Below, in pieces: positions 20,865 to 29,631 of a stretch of 64,000 bases of DNA. Every line of letters starts with the position of its first letter. Positions within the stretch are counted from its first letter, which is position 1. The DNA is from Bacilli bacterium. GTDB lineage: Bacteria; Bacillota_I; Bacilli_A; RFN20; CAG-826. Position numbers and translations under genes: made by a program. The DNA lies in assembly GCA_035367155.1 (NCBI GenBank), contig DAOSJI010000001.1:85621-149620 (forward strand). The letters are read 5' to 3'. Below the pieces are notes generated by a model. The model saw only the letters and a program-made list of their open reading frames with translations, searched no databases and was not told where the DNA came from.

Positions 20865-22835
20865 ATGACTGATAAATTAAAAAACACCACATATACTGCT
20901 GATTCTATTGATGTTTTAGAAGGTTTAGAAGGCGTAAGAAAACGCCCTGCAATGTATATTGGTTCAACAAACACAGCTGGCTTACATCAACTTGTTTGGG
21001 AAGTTGTCGATAACTCAGTTGATGAAGCAATGAATGGACACGGAGATAAAATTTCAGTCACTATTCATAAAGATGGATCAATTAGCGTTCAAGATGATGG
21101 ACGTGGTATTCCAACAGGAATTAATAAAAAAACCGGCTTACCAGCGGTACATTTGATTTTTACAACGCTTCATGCTGGTGGAAAATTTTCTGAAAGCTCT
21201 TATAAAACAAGTGCTGGTCTTCATGGCGTAGGAGCTGCTGTTACTAATGCGCTAAGTGAATGGCTTGATGTAACCGTTTGGCGCGAAGGGAAAGTTCATC
21301 ATTTACGTTATGAAAATGGTGGAAAGCTTGTACAACCTCTTGAAATTATTGGTAATACAAATAGAACTGGTACCCTTGTTACTTTTAAACCAGATCCTGA
21401 AATTTTTAAAACTGTTGAATTTAAGTGGGATACAATTACATCACACCTTCAAGAACGTGCGTTTCTTTTAAAGAAAGTTAATTTCTTTATTAAAGATGAA
21501 CGAACTGGCCTAGAAGAAAAATTCTATTATGAAAATGGACTTTTTGAATACATGGAAATCATAAATCAAAATAAAAAGCCCATAAGTTCGGTTATTTATT
21601 TTGAAGAAATAGTTGATGTCACTGGCATTAATCGTGCTAATTTTAAAATGGAAATTGAAATAGCGATGCAATATTGTATCGAGGACTATAGTGAAACGGT
21701 GCTTTCTTATGTAAATAATGTAAGAACAAAAGATGGCGGTACTCATGAAACCGGTTTTAGAACAGGTCTTACTCGATGTGTAAACGATTTTGCAACAGAA
21801 AATAATTTACTGCGCGGAAAACAAAAACTTGAAGGAAGTGATATCCGGGAAGGATTAACTGCAATTATTTCGCTTCGAATTCCTGAAGAACCAACTGAAT
21901 TTGAAGGTCAAACTAAAGGAAAATTAGGAACCCCAGAAGCCTTTAGTGCACTAAATAACTTTATCTACAATAAATTAACATACTACCTTCATGAAAATCG
22001 TGAATTTACAGTTGCTTTAGTAAAAAAATGTACTGATGCTCAAGCTGCTAGACTTGCAGCAAGAAAAGCAAAAGAAACATTAAGAAAAACAAAAAAACCG
22101 CGAAATGAGATGATTTTAAGCGGCAAATTAACACCTGCTCAAAGTAAAGACTACTCACGAAACGAACTCTTTATCGTTGAAGGTGATAGCGCAGGTGGTA
22201 CCGCGCGCAGTGGTCGTGATCGTGAATTTCAGGCTATTTTACCGCTTCGTGGAAAACCGCTTAATACTGATACAAATACTGTTGAAAAAATGTTAAAAAA
22301 TGAAGAGTTTGCTACCCTTATTAACACAATTGGTGCAGGCTTTGGTAAAGACTTTGATATTAGTGAATCGCGTTATGGAAAAATCATTATTATGACTGAC
22401 GCTGATACTGATGGTGCCCATATTCAAACTCTCTTATTAACATTTTTCTATCATTATATGACACCTTTATTAAAAGCAGGTATGATTTATTTAGCAGCCC
22501 CACCCCTATATCGAGTTTATAAATATCAAAAAGGTGAACTTGTTTATCGCTATGCCTGGGATGATAAAACCCTAGAAGAAGCCAAACAAGAAATAGGTGC
22601 TAACTATAAAATTAATCGCTATAAAGGGTTAGGAGAAATGAACGCTGAACAACTTTGGGATACAACAATGAATCCTGAAAATCGTAGTTTGATTCGTGTA
22701 AATATTGAAGATCCACTCCTAGTTGCGATGAGAGTTCGTGTTCTTATGGGTAAAGATCCATCAGTTAGAAGAAAATGGATTGAAGAAAACATTGACTTTA
22801 ACGCATACGATGAATTCATAGAAGAGGTTAGATAA
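20865..22835 (+). CDS. parE: DNA topoisomerase IV subunit B
   Basis: GHKL ATPase and TOPRIM motifs (VDNSVDE, EGDSAGG, DADTDG). Called ParE because its partner is of ParC type. Confidence 0.8.
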   Translation: MTDKLKNTTYTADSIDVLEGLEGVRKRPAMYIGSTNTAGLHQLVWEVVDNSVDEAMNGHGDKISVTIHKDGSISVQDDGRGIPTGINKKTGLPAVHLIFTTLHAGGKFSESSYKTSAGLHGVGAAVTNALSEWLDVTVWREGKVHHLRYENGGKLVQPLEIIGNTNRTGTLVTFKPDPEIFKTVEFKWDTITSHLQERAFLLKKVNFFIKDERTGLEEKFYYENGLFEYMEIINQNKKPISSVIYFEEIVDVTGINRANFKMEIEIAMQYCIEDYSETVLSYVNNVRTKDGGTHETGFRTGLTRCVNDFATENNLLRGKQKLEGSDIREGLTAIISLRIPEEPTEFEGQTKGKLGTPEAFSALNNFIYNKLTYYLHENREFTVALVKKCTDAQAARLAARKAKETLRKTKKPRNEMILSGKLTPAQSKDYSRNELFIVEGDSAGGTARSGRDREFQAILPLRGKPLNTDTNTVEKMLKNEEFATLINTIGAGFGKDFDISESRYGKIIIMTDADTDGAHIQTLLLTFFYHYMTPLLKAGMIYLAAPPLYRVYKYQKGELVYRYAWDDKTLEEAKQEIGANYKINRYKGLGEMNAEQLWDTTMNPENRSLIRVNIEDPLLVAMRVRVLMGKDPSVRRKWIEENIDFNAYDEFIEEVR

Positions 22836-22836
22836 A

Positions 22837-25458
22837 ATGAGTAAGAAAACTAAAAAAACAACTAAAAAAGTTGTTAAACAACCTCAAATCGAAGAACATA
22901 TCATCGAAATGCCAATGGAAGAAATCATGGGTGATCGTTTTGGCTTATATGCTAAAGAGGTCATCCAAAATAGAGCAATTCCTGATGTTAGAGACGGGCT
23001 AAAACCAGTTCAAAGACGGATTGTTTATTGTATGTATGATGAAGGAAACGTCCATACAAAGCCAACTCGCAAGTGCGCCCATTCCGTCGGGGCGGTTATG
23101 GGCCGCTATCACCCACACGGTGATAGTTCAATTTATGAAGCACTTGCGCGTCTATCTCAACCTTGGAACCTCCGTTATCCTTTAATTGATTTTCAAGGTA
23201 ATAATGGTTCAATTGATGGGGATGCACCGGCTTCATATCGTTATACCGAAGCTAGACTTAATGAACTAAGTGAATTATTAATACGAGACATTGATAAAAA
23301 CACCGTTGATAAACAACTTACTTTTGATGATGTTGATCTTGAGCCCGTTGTTTTACCGTCTCGCTTTCCTAATTTACTTTTAAATGGTTCGCAAGGTATT
23401 GCAGTAGCAGTTGCAACCGAAATTCCTCCTCATAACATGAAAGAAGTTGTCGAGGCAATTATTTATCGAATCACACATAAAAAGGCAACTATTGAAGATT
23501 TACGTGAATTTATTAAAGGTCCAGATTTCCCAACCGGCGGGATTGTTTATAAAAGTGACGGCCTAGATAAGATTTATACAACAGGCCGCGGAAGAATTGA
23601 AATTGAAGCAAGATGGGAAATTGTTAATGAAGATAATCTGCAAAAAATGGTCATAACTGAAATTCCCTATCAAGTTAATAAATCAATTATTCTTCGAGAT
23701 ATAGGTAATATTATCGAAAAGAAAGCAATCGATGGTCTTTTAGAACTTCGCGATGAAAGCGACCGTAAAGGTTTACGAATTGTCGTTGACTTAAGAAAAG
23801 ACGCCAATAGCGAAGTTATCACTGAATATCTACTTAATAAGACGCTTCTTAGAACTAGTTATAACGCTAATGTTGTTGCGATTGCAGATAATAGACCCCA
23901 AACCCTAAATTTACTTCAAATTGTTGATTACTATATTGACCATCAAGTCGAAGTTATTAGACGAAGAAGCGAATTTGATCTAGAACGGCTCTTAAAAAGG
24001 CTTCATATCGTCGATGGTTTAATGAAAGCTATCAGTATTTTAGATGATGTTGTAAAACTAATTCGTAAAAGTAAAGATAAAGCCAACGCTAAAGAAAATT
24101 TAATTGTAGCTTTTGATTTTACAGCTGAGCAAGCAGAAGCAATTTTAACGATGCAGTTATATCGATTAAGTAATACTGATATTACAACGTTAGTTAATGA
24201 AAAAGATAGCATCGAAAAAGAAATTAGTAATTTACGTGAGATATTAGCAAATGAAAATGCCCTTAACCGCGTTTTGATTAACGACTTAAAAGAAATTAGT
24301 AAAAAATTTGGTGATGATCGTCGTACCTCAATTAAGGAACGAGGCGAAATTATTGAAATTGATAAACGCGACTTAATTGCAGATGAAGATGTTATGATTG
24401 CAATTACGCGAGATGGCTACTTAAAGCGAAGTTCAATGCGCTCATATGTATCAAGTGGAGAAAATGCTCTACCTGGAATTAAAAGCGGTGATCTTCTTGT
24501 AATGGCAGATGAAGCAAATAATAAAGATACGATTATTGTATTTACTAATAAAGGGAATTATTGCTATATCCCTGTATATACAATTCATGAAGGTCGCTGG
24601 AAAGATGAGGGCAAACACTTAAATTATATTGTTACTTTAAGTCCTGATGAAAAACTAATAAAAGCCTTTGTAATCAAAGAATTCCGTGATGATCTCTACT
24701 TTACAATGGTTACTGGTAAAGGACGAATTAAACGTAGTTTGATTAGTGAATTTACCGCGATTCGTTTCTCTAGACCGCTTATTTGTATTCGCTTAAGTAA
24801 GGGTGATTATCTTGTTGATGTTGTTGCAACAAGCGGAAATAGTGATCTAGTCGTCGTTACTAGAAATGGAAGCGCTAGTTATTATAATGAAAACGAAGTT
24901 AGCCCACTTAGTTTAAAAGCAGCTGGCGTTAAAGCTATATCACGACTTAAAAATGATGCAATTATTGGTCTAGTTTCAGTTCATCCAGGCGAAAAGATTC
25001 GTCTTGGAATTCTAACTAATAAAGGTCATGTCCGGCTTGTAGATGTTAATCATCTTGAAATAACAGCACGTCTAGGCAAAATGCAGTATGTTATGCGCTC
25101 ATTTAAAAGCGATGTTCATAATATTGTTGGAGTTCTTGCAATTGATAAAACACTTGAAGATAGTCTTATTGCCTACAATCTAACGGATAATAATAACCTT
25201 GTTCCAGTCGTTATTGATGATGTTAAACTAACCTCAACAGATAAATACGCTAAACAAAATATTGATCAACTTGGAAAAGGTGAAGTTTTTGTAGGACTCT
25301 ACCGTATGTTAGTTAGAACGATAAGTTCAGACACTAAAGCACATGAACCTGTAATTCAAACAGAAGTTGCGACAATTAAAACAATAGAAAAATCAACTAA
25401 ACGTAAAGAAGTTGAATACGAACAAATGTCAATTTTTGACATTTTAGAAGACGATTAA
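22837..25458 (+). CDS. parC: DNA topoisomerase IV subunit A
   Basis: RFGLYAKEVIQNRAIPDVRDGLKPVQRRI (ParC-type PVQRR). Catalytic Tyr region YTEARL. I see no GyrA box (QRRGGKG) in the C-terminal domain. Confidence 0.8.
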   Translation: MSKKTKKTTKKVVKQPQIEEHIIEMPMEEIMGDRFGLYAKEVIQNRAIPDVRDGLKPVQRRIVYCMYDEGNVHTKPTRKCAHSVGAVMGRYHPHGDSSIYEALARLSQPWNLRYPLIDFQGNNGSIDGDAPASYRYTEARLNELSELLIRDIDKNTVDKQLTFDDVDLEPVVLPSRFPNLLLNGSQGIAVAVATEIPPHNMKEVVEAIIYRITHKKATIEDLREFIKGPDFPTGGIVYKSDGLDKIYTTGRGRIEIEARWEIVNEDNLQKMVITEIPYQVNKSIILRDIGNIIEKKAIDGLLELRDESDRKGLRIVVDLRKDANSEVITEYLLNKTLLRTSYNANVVAIADNRPQTLNLLQIVDYYIDHQVEVIRRRSEFDLERLLKRLHIVDGLMKAISILDDVVKLIRKSKDKANAKENLIVAFDFTAEQAEAILTMQLYRLSNTDITTLVNEKDSIEKEISNLREILANENALNRVLINDLKEISKKFGDDRRTSIKERGEIIEIDKRDLIADEDVMIAITRDGYLKRSSMRSYVSSGENALPGIKSGDLLVMADEANNKDTIIVFTNKGNYCYIPVYTIHEGRWKDEGKHLNYIVTLSPDEKLIKAFVIKEFRDDLYFTMVTGKGRIKRSLISEFTAIRFSRPLICIRLSKGDYLVDVVATSGNSDLVVVTRNGSASYYNENEVSPLSLKAAGVKAISRLKNDAIIGLVSVHPGEKIRLGILTNKGHVRLVDVNHLEITARLGKMQYVMRSFKSDVHNIVGVLAIDKTLEDSLIAYNLTDNNNLVPVVIDDVKLTSTDKYAKQNIDQLGKGEVFVGLYRMLVRTISSDTKAHEPVIQTEVATIKTIEKSTKRKEVEYEQMSIFDILEDD

Positions 25459-25501
25459 ACTTAAAATATTATATATTTAATATTACATATCATGTATTAT
25501 T

Positions 25502-25535
25502 TTAAAGAACAAAAAGTTCTTTAAGTTTAATTTTG
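25502..25535 (+). terminator. intrinsic terminator after parC
   Basis: 9-bp stem ttaaagaac/gttctttaa with loop aaaaa, then a T-rich tail. Confidence 0.55.
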
Positions 25536-25571
25536 TCTTCATATACTATAAAATAGTAATGAGGAATTAAT

Positions 25572-26096
25572 ATGTCAAGATATACCCCAACTTATCATGC
25601 TCAATCAGTATATGAAATTCCGCCTGCTTTTTATAAAAAAATCGGCGTTAAGAACATTATTATTGATCTTGATAACACCCTAGATTCTTATCGCTCACTT
25701 TCTCCTAGTGAGCGAGCGATTAACTTAATCGCTAGTTTAAAAAATGCCGGCTTCAATGTCATAATTGTAACAAACAATAAAAAAAGACGTGTTGAAGGTT
25801 ATGCTAATGAATTGGAAGTTAACTTTCTTTATTCGGCTAGAAAACCATTTGCCTTTAAATTCAATAAATTATTTGAAAAACATGGGCTTAAAAAAGAAGA
25901 AACAATTTTAATCGGTGATCAACTTATTACTGATGTTAGAGCAAGTAAGCGAGTAGGAATTCGCTCGATTCTAACTGAGAAAATTGTTAAAGAAGATCAA
26001 TGGACAACGCACTTTAACCGTCTATTTGATCGACCAATAAGAAAAAAGTTAGCAAAACAACATAAATTACGTAATTGGAGGGAAGATTATGAATGA
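25572..26096 (+). CDS. YqeG-family HAD phosphatase
   Basis: IIDLDNTL and GDQLITD motifs. First gene of a yqeG-yqeH-yhbY-nadD-yqeK cluster, as in Bacillus. Confidence 0.8.
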   Translation: MSRYTPTYHAQSVYEIPPAFYKKIGVKNIIIDLDNTLDSYRSLSPSERAINLIASLKNAGFNVIIVTNNKKRRVEGYANELEVNFLYSARKPFAFKFNKLFEKHGLKKEETILIGDQLITDVRASKRVGIRSILTEKIVKEDQWTTHFNRLFDRPIRKKLAKQHKLRNWREDYE

Positions 26097-27216
26097 AAAT
26101 GTAAAAAAAGCTAAACGATGCTATGGATGTGGAGCAGCACTTCAGACCGTTGATGAAAATTTAGAAGGCTATGTACCTGAAAATCTTTTCAATGAACGGG
26201 ATGTCCTTTTATGTCAGCGCTGTTTTAAGTTAAGAAATTATAACGAAGACACCCCTATAGAACCAGTAATTAGTGAAGATTTCTTTAAATTACTTGAGCA
26301 AGCGCAAGCAAGTAATGCCCTTTTTGTTTATGTTGTTGATCTTTTTAACTTTGAAGCTAGTTTTAATCGCGAAATTAATAAGGCTTTACAAAAGTCAGAT
26401 GTTATTCTTTTTGGTACTAAAAGAGACTTATTACCAAAATCGGTAAAAGATGAAAAACTTATTGAATTTTTAAAAGAAAGAGCAGAAGCGGCTTCTTTAA
26501 AAGTTCGTGAAATATTTATTACAAGTGCGACCAAAAACTTTAATTTAAAAGAAATTTTACCACGTTTACAAGACTATGGATTCAAGCGCAATATTTATGT
26601 TATTGGCTCAGTTAGTAGCGGTAAAAGTTCACTTATTAACGCCTTTTTAAAGGTTTATAAAAATGAAACATCACACTATATTACAACAAGTATTTATCCA
26701 AATACGACGTTAAAAGTAATTGAAATCCCTCTTGATGAGAAAGTTTCAATTTTTGATACGCCTGGCCTAGCAATCAGCAATAGCATGCTTGGTCTTATGG
26801 AGCGAGAAGTAATTAGAGATATTGTTCCACGAACAGAAGTAAAGCCACGCGTTTATCAATTATTGCCTCAGCAAAGCTTATTAATTGGTGGAATTGCTAG
26901 GATCGATTTTCTAAGTGGGTCTAGAACTTCATTTACATTATATGTTTCTAACGATGTTAAGGTAATAAGAACTCAGCTACGTTGGGCAAATCAAACATTT
27001 GCTAATTTGATTAAATATAAAAAGATTCGACCAATCTCGAAAAAAATTAAATCAATTGCTGATTTAGATGCTTTTGATATTCTTGTTGGGGAAGGTCAAA
27101 AATGTGACATTTCATGGACTGGTTTAGGTTGGGTTTCTTTTAAAGAAAATAACCAAAAGATTCGAGTTTATGCTCCTCAAGGGGTCTCGATCGCTCATAA
27201 TAAGAGTAAAATTTAG
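26089..27216 (+). CDS. yqeH: ribosome biogenesis GTPase YqeH
   Basis: N-terminal CxxC...CxxC finger and a circularly permuted GTPase (TKRD ... GSVSSGKSS ... DTPG). Confidence 0.85.
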   Translation: MNENVKKAKRCYGCGAALQTVDENLEGYVPENLFNERDVLLCQRCFKLRNYNEDTPIEPVISEDFFKLLEQAQASNALFVYVVDLFNFEASFNREINKALQKSDVILFGTKRDLLPKSVKDEKLIEFLKERAEAASLKVREIFITSATKNFNLKEILPRLQDYGFKRNIYVIGSVSSGKSSLINAFLKVYKNETSHYITTSIYPNTTLKVIEIPLDEKVSIFDTPGLAISNSMLGLMEREVIRDIVPRTEVKPRVYQLLPQQSLLIGGIARIDFLSGSRTSFTLYVSNDVKVIRTQLRWANQTFANLIKYKKIRPISKKIKSIADLDAFDILVGEGQKCDISWTGLGWVSFKENNQKIRVYAPQGVSIAHNKSKI

Positions 27217-27224
27217 AGGATTCT

Positions 27225-27518
27225 ATGTTAACAAAAGAACAAGTTAAGTTTTTAAAAAAAGAAGCTCAAAAACTAGACACTCATTATCAAATTGGTAAAA
27301 ACCTTATTGGTCCTAATCAAATTGAATTAATTGATAATGGTTTACGTGCACGGGAGTTAATAAAAATTACTATTCAAAAAAGTGCAGTTGATGAGATACC
27401 TAAAATCATCGAACATTTAACACTTGTTTTAAACTGCGAACTAGTTGAAAAAAGAGGTCATGTAATCACTCTATTTCGTCAAAATCTTTTAAATCCGAGG
27501 TATAAATTACCAAAATGA
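27225..27518 (+). CDS. yhbY: RNA-binding protein YhbY (CRM domain)
   Basis: 97 aa with a typical YhbY/YqeI sequence. Synteny supports the call. Confidence 0.85.
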   Translation: MLTKEQVKFLKKEAQKLDTHYQIGKNLIGPNQIELIDNGLRARELIKITIQKSAVDEIPKIIEHLTLVLNCELVEKRGHVITLFRQNLLNPRYKLPK

Positions 27519-28597
27519 AACGAATAATCTTCGGTGGCTCTTTTGACCCGATTCATCGTGGTCATTTTCTAATGGCAAAAAGAGCTAAAGAAGAACTAAA
27601 TGCGGATATTGTTGAATTTGTTATTGCACCATCTTCTAGATGGAAAAAAATGAACGCTAATGAAGAACATCGTCTTAATATGATGAAAAAAGCTCTTCAT
27701 GACATCCCTTGGGCTCATATTTCAATAGTTGAACTTAAGAAGAAGTCAAAAACAAACTACACTTTTGATACATTAGAAATATTAAAAAGTAAGCATCCTA
27801 AAGATGAATTTGCCCTTTTAATAGGTAGCGATCAAGCTAATCAATTCGATAAATGGTATAAACCTGATGAAATTGCTGCTTTAGCAGAAGTAGTTGTTTA
27901 TCTTCGTGAAGATTACCCTCTTAACGAAGAGAATAAAAAGCGCTTTAGAATGCGTGTAATTAAGGGCGAAACCTTTAATGTCTCATCAAGTGCGATTAGA
28001 TCACTAAATTCCTTAGATACTAAAGAAGAAGTCGTTGATTATATAGTAAAAAATAGACTATATTTTATGAAAATTGTTTCTAAGTTCATTGGAGAGAAGC
28101 GAATTTCGCACTCTTTTGAAGTTGCAAAATTAGCTCGTAAAATCGCTGTTTCTAACAATTTAGATGCTGAAAAAGCTTTTGTAGCTGGCCTTCTTCATGA
28201 TATTGGCAAAGAAGTAGCCCCTAATCGCCAAACTGCCATTATGAATAAGTATTATCCTGAATATGTTCATTTATACCGGTGGATTCATCATCAATTTCTT
28301 GGAGAGTATATTGCAAAGACGACATTTAATATTACTGATGAGGAATTATTAACTGCTATTAAGTTTCATGCTACTGGAACGACAAACATGTCACCTTTAG
28401 CAATGATTTTATATTCAGCAGATAAAATTGAACCAACAAGAGGTTTTGATTCCCGTGATTTAATAGAGGCATGCTTAAAAGATTATGAGTCTGGCTTCAT
28501 AATTGTCTTACAAGCAAACAAAGAATTTTTGCTTAGTAAAAAACTAGACATTCACAACGAACTTACAAAAGCATGTATGGAACAATATTTAGATTAG
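27515..28597 (+). CDS. nadD: fusion of nicotinate-nucleotide adenylyltransferase (NadD) with the YqeK HD-domain phosphohydrolase
   Basis: N-terminus GGSFDPIHRGH (NadD). C-terminal half LLHDIGKE ... SADKIEPTR (YqeK HD domain). One uninterrupted 360-aa ORF. Confidence 0.85.
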   Translation: MKRIIFGGSFDPIHRGHFLMAKRAKEELNADIVEFVIAPSSRWKKMNANEEHRLNMMKKALHDIPWAHISIVELKKKSKTNYTFDTLEILKSKHPKDEFALLIGSDQANQFDKWYKPDEIAALAEVVVYLREDYPLNEENKKRFRMRVIKGETFNVSSSAIRSLNSLDTKEEVVDYIVKNRLYFMKIVSKFIGEKRISHSFEVAKLARKIAVSNNLDAEKAFVAGLLHDIGKEVAPNRQTAIMNKYYPEYVHLYRWIHHQFLGEYIAKTTFNITDEELLTAIKFHATGTTNMSPLAMILYSADKIEPTRGFDSRDLIEACLKDYESGFIIVLQANKEFLLSKKLDIHNELTKACMEQYLD

Positions 28598-28784
28598 TTA
28601 ATATTCCAACTAACAATTTGAAGAAGTTTTGCACTAGGCGAAACTTTTTTCTTTATCTTAAAAACGATTGTAGTTATCAACGCTTGATAGAAGGAAAATA
28701 TTTTATTCTCTATTATATAAGGAGGTTATTTCTTTCTTATTATAATTATTTGGTGAGAATAACTAATTTTCCGAATATATAGTT

Positions 28785-28812
28785 AGTTGTAATAATACAT
28801 ATTATGTTAACG
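28785..28812 (+). other. candidate dif (Xer recombination) site
   Basis: AGTTGTAATAA-TACATA-TTATGTTAACG has the 11-6-11 layout with an inner ATAA/TTAT palindrome. The right arm matches the E. coli XerD arm TTATGTTAAAT at 9 of 11 positions. It lies at the point where gene orientation converges. Confidence 0.5.
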
Positions 28813-28907
28813 GATAGTAGTATTTTACGATGTTATGTTTGTTTTTCTTAAAAAGACATATTAACCAACAATCTAAGTAACTGTTTTTAAATGCTTGAAA
28901 AGTGGGT

Positions 28908-28926
28908 TTATCCACAGTTTTCCACA
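28908..28926 (+). promoter_or_regulatory. two head-to-tail DnaA boxes
   Basis: TTATCCACA (28908-28916, perfect consensus) and TTTTCCACA (28918-28926, one mismatch), 10 bp start to start. Confidence 0.5.
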
Positions 28927-28962
28927 ACTTACGAACTACTTATAAACTACTAATTAACTACT
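28923..28962 (-). repeat. 11-nt phased AGTAGTT array (3 perfect units plus 1 degenerate)
   Basis: The - strand reads AGTAGTTAATT AGTAGTTTATA AGTAGTTCGTA AGTTGTG and runs into the DnaA boxes. It starts 21 nt after the stop of the MazF-like gene. Confidence 0.7.
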
Positions 28963-28982
28963 TTTTGTAGTTCTTCGTTTAA

Positions 28983-29570
28983 TTAATATAGTTTGTTTCG
29001 AAGTAATTTAAAATAACTTTCGATTATTATTTCCATTTGCTTTTCAGTTAAGATTGCTACTGGAACACGGTTTGGCCGTTGGTCTTCAGGAACATTTTCA
29101 AGACCAATTAATGCTTTTGCGTAAATGCGAACTTTATCAATTGCTCTTATTTGACTAATTAAAGCAATGCTCTCATAGTTACTAAATCGCCACTGTAGAT
29201 TACCGATATTTATTCTCCAACTACTATCTTTAATGTCTGTATCACGAATACTAACCAATGGACAAACTAATGCCGTTTGTGTTTTCTCATTGGAATTATG
29301 AAGAATTACTCCATAGTGTCGCCCTTTTAGTTCAGCGCCAACGCTTCCGCCATAGTCGATTTCAAAGACATCACCTTGCCTTAAATCGTACTGAAGTTCA
29401 TTATTAATTAAAAAACGTTCATAACGAACACAGTTAGCGAGCCAATCATTGATTGCTTCAAGGGTATCACTAGATAGTAATTCTTTTGGTTTTTCATTGC
29501 TTTCTTGCCTAATTTTAGCAAAACGACGCTTATTATCGCGCCGTTTATGATCGTTATTATAATAGTTCAT
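28983..29570 (-). CDS. PemK/MazF-family toxin-like protein with a ~65-aa basic/helical N-terminal extension
   Basis: The core GDVFEIDYGGSVGAELKGRHYGVILHNS...ALVCPLVS...LISQIRAIDKVRI follows the MazF/PemK pattern (GD..-.DF....G.E..G.RP..V....VAP.TS...DQIR.ID..R). SD AAGGAGG upstream. Confidence 0.65.
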   Translation of the reverse strand: MNYYNNDHKRRDNKRRFAKIRQESNEKPKELLSSDTLEAINDWLANCVRYERFLINNELQYDLRQGDVFEIDYGGSVGAELKGRHYGVILHNSNEKTQTALVCPLVSIRDTDIKDSSWRINIGNLQWRFSNYESIALISQIRAIDKVRIYAKALIGLENVPEDQRPNRVPVAILTEKQMEIIIESYFKLLRNKLY

Positions 29571-29631
29571 AATTTTCTCTCAACCTCCTTATAATCAATA
29601 AATTGAAGGTTATTTGAGAAATCGTATCATA

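Noticed and set aside
28719-28760. Strong SD-like AAGGAGG at 28719-28725 in the gap, suggesting a hidden small gene.
   Set aside because: No ATG, GTG or TTG lies within 5-12 nt. The only nearby frames run 5 codons or fewer before a stop.
28573-28782. 69-aa ORF at the start of the large gap containing the dif-like site.
   Set aside because: It starts inside the end of nadD/yqeK in another frame, has no SD, and has an implausible sequence rich in Y, I, N, L and R. I treat the region as non-coding.
28891-28953. 20-codon ORF (MLEKWVYPQFSTTYELLINY) covering the DnaA boxes, considered as a possible sda-like DnaA-regulated small gene.
   Set aside because: It has no Shine-Dalgarno sequence and no promoter-like elements, and it is made of the repeat/box sequence itself. 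There is no support beyond an open frame.
28600-28982. oriC interpretation of the gap, suggested by the perfect DnaA box pair and AT-rich DNA.
   Set aside because: The flanking genes converge on the gap, whereas they diverge from an origin. There is no dnaA or dnaN nearby, only two boxes are present, and a dif-like site lies 100 bp away. A terminus-proximal DnaA-binding site is more consistent.
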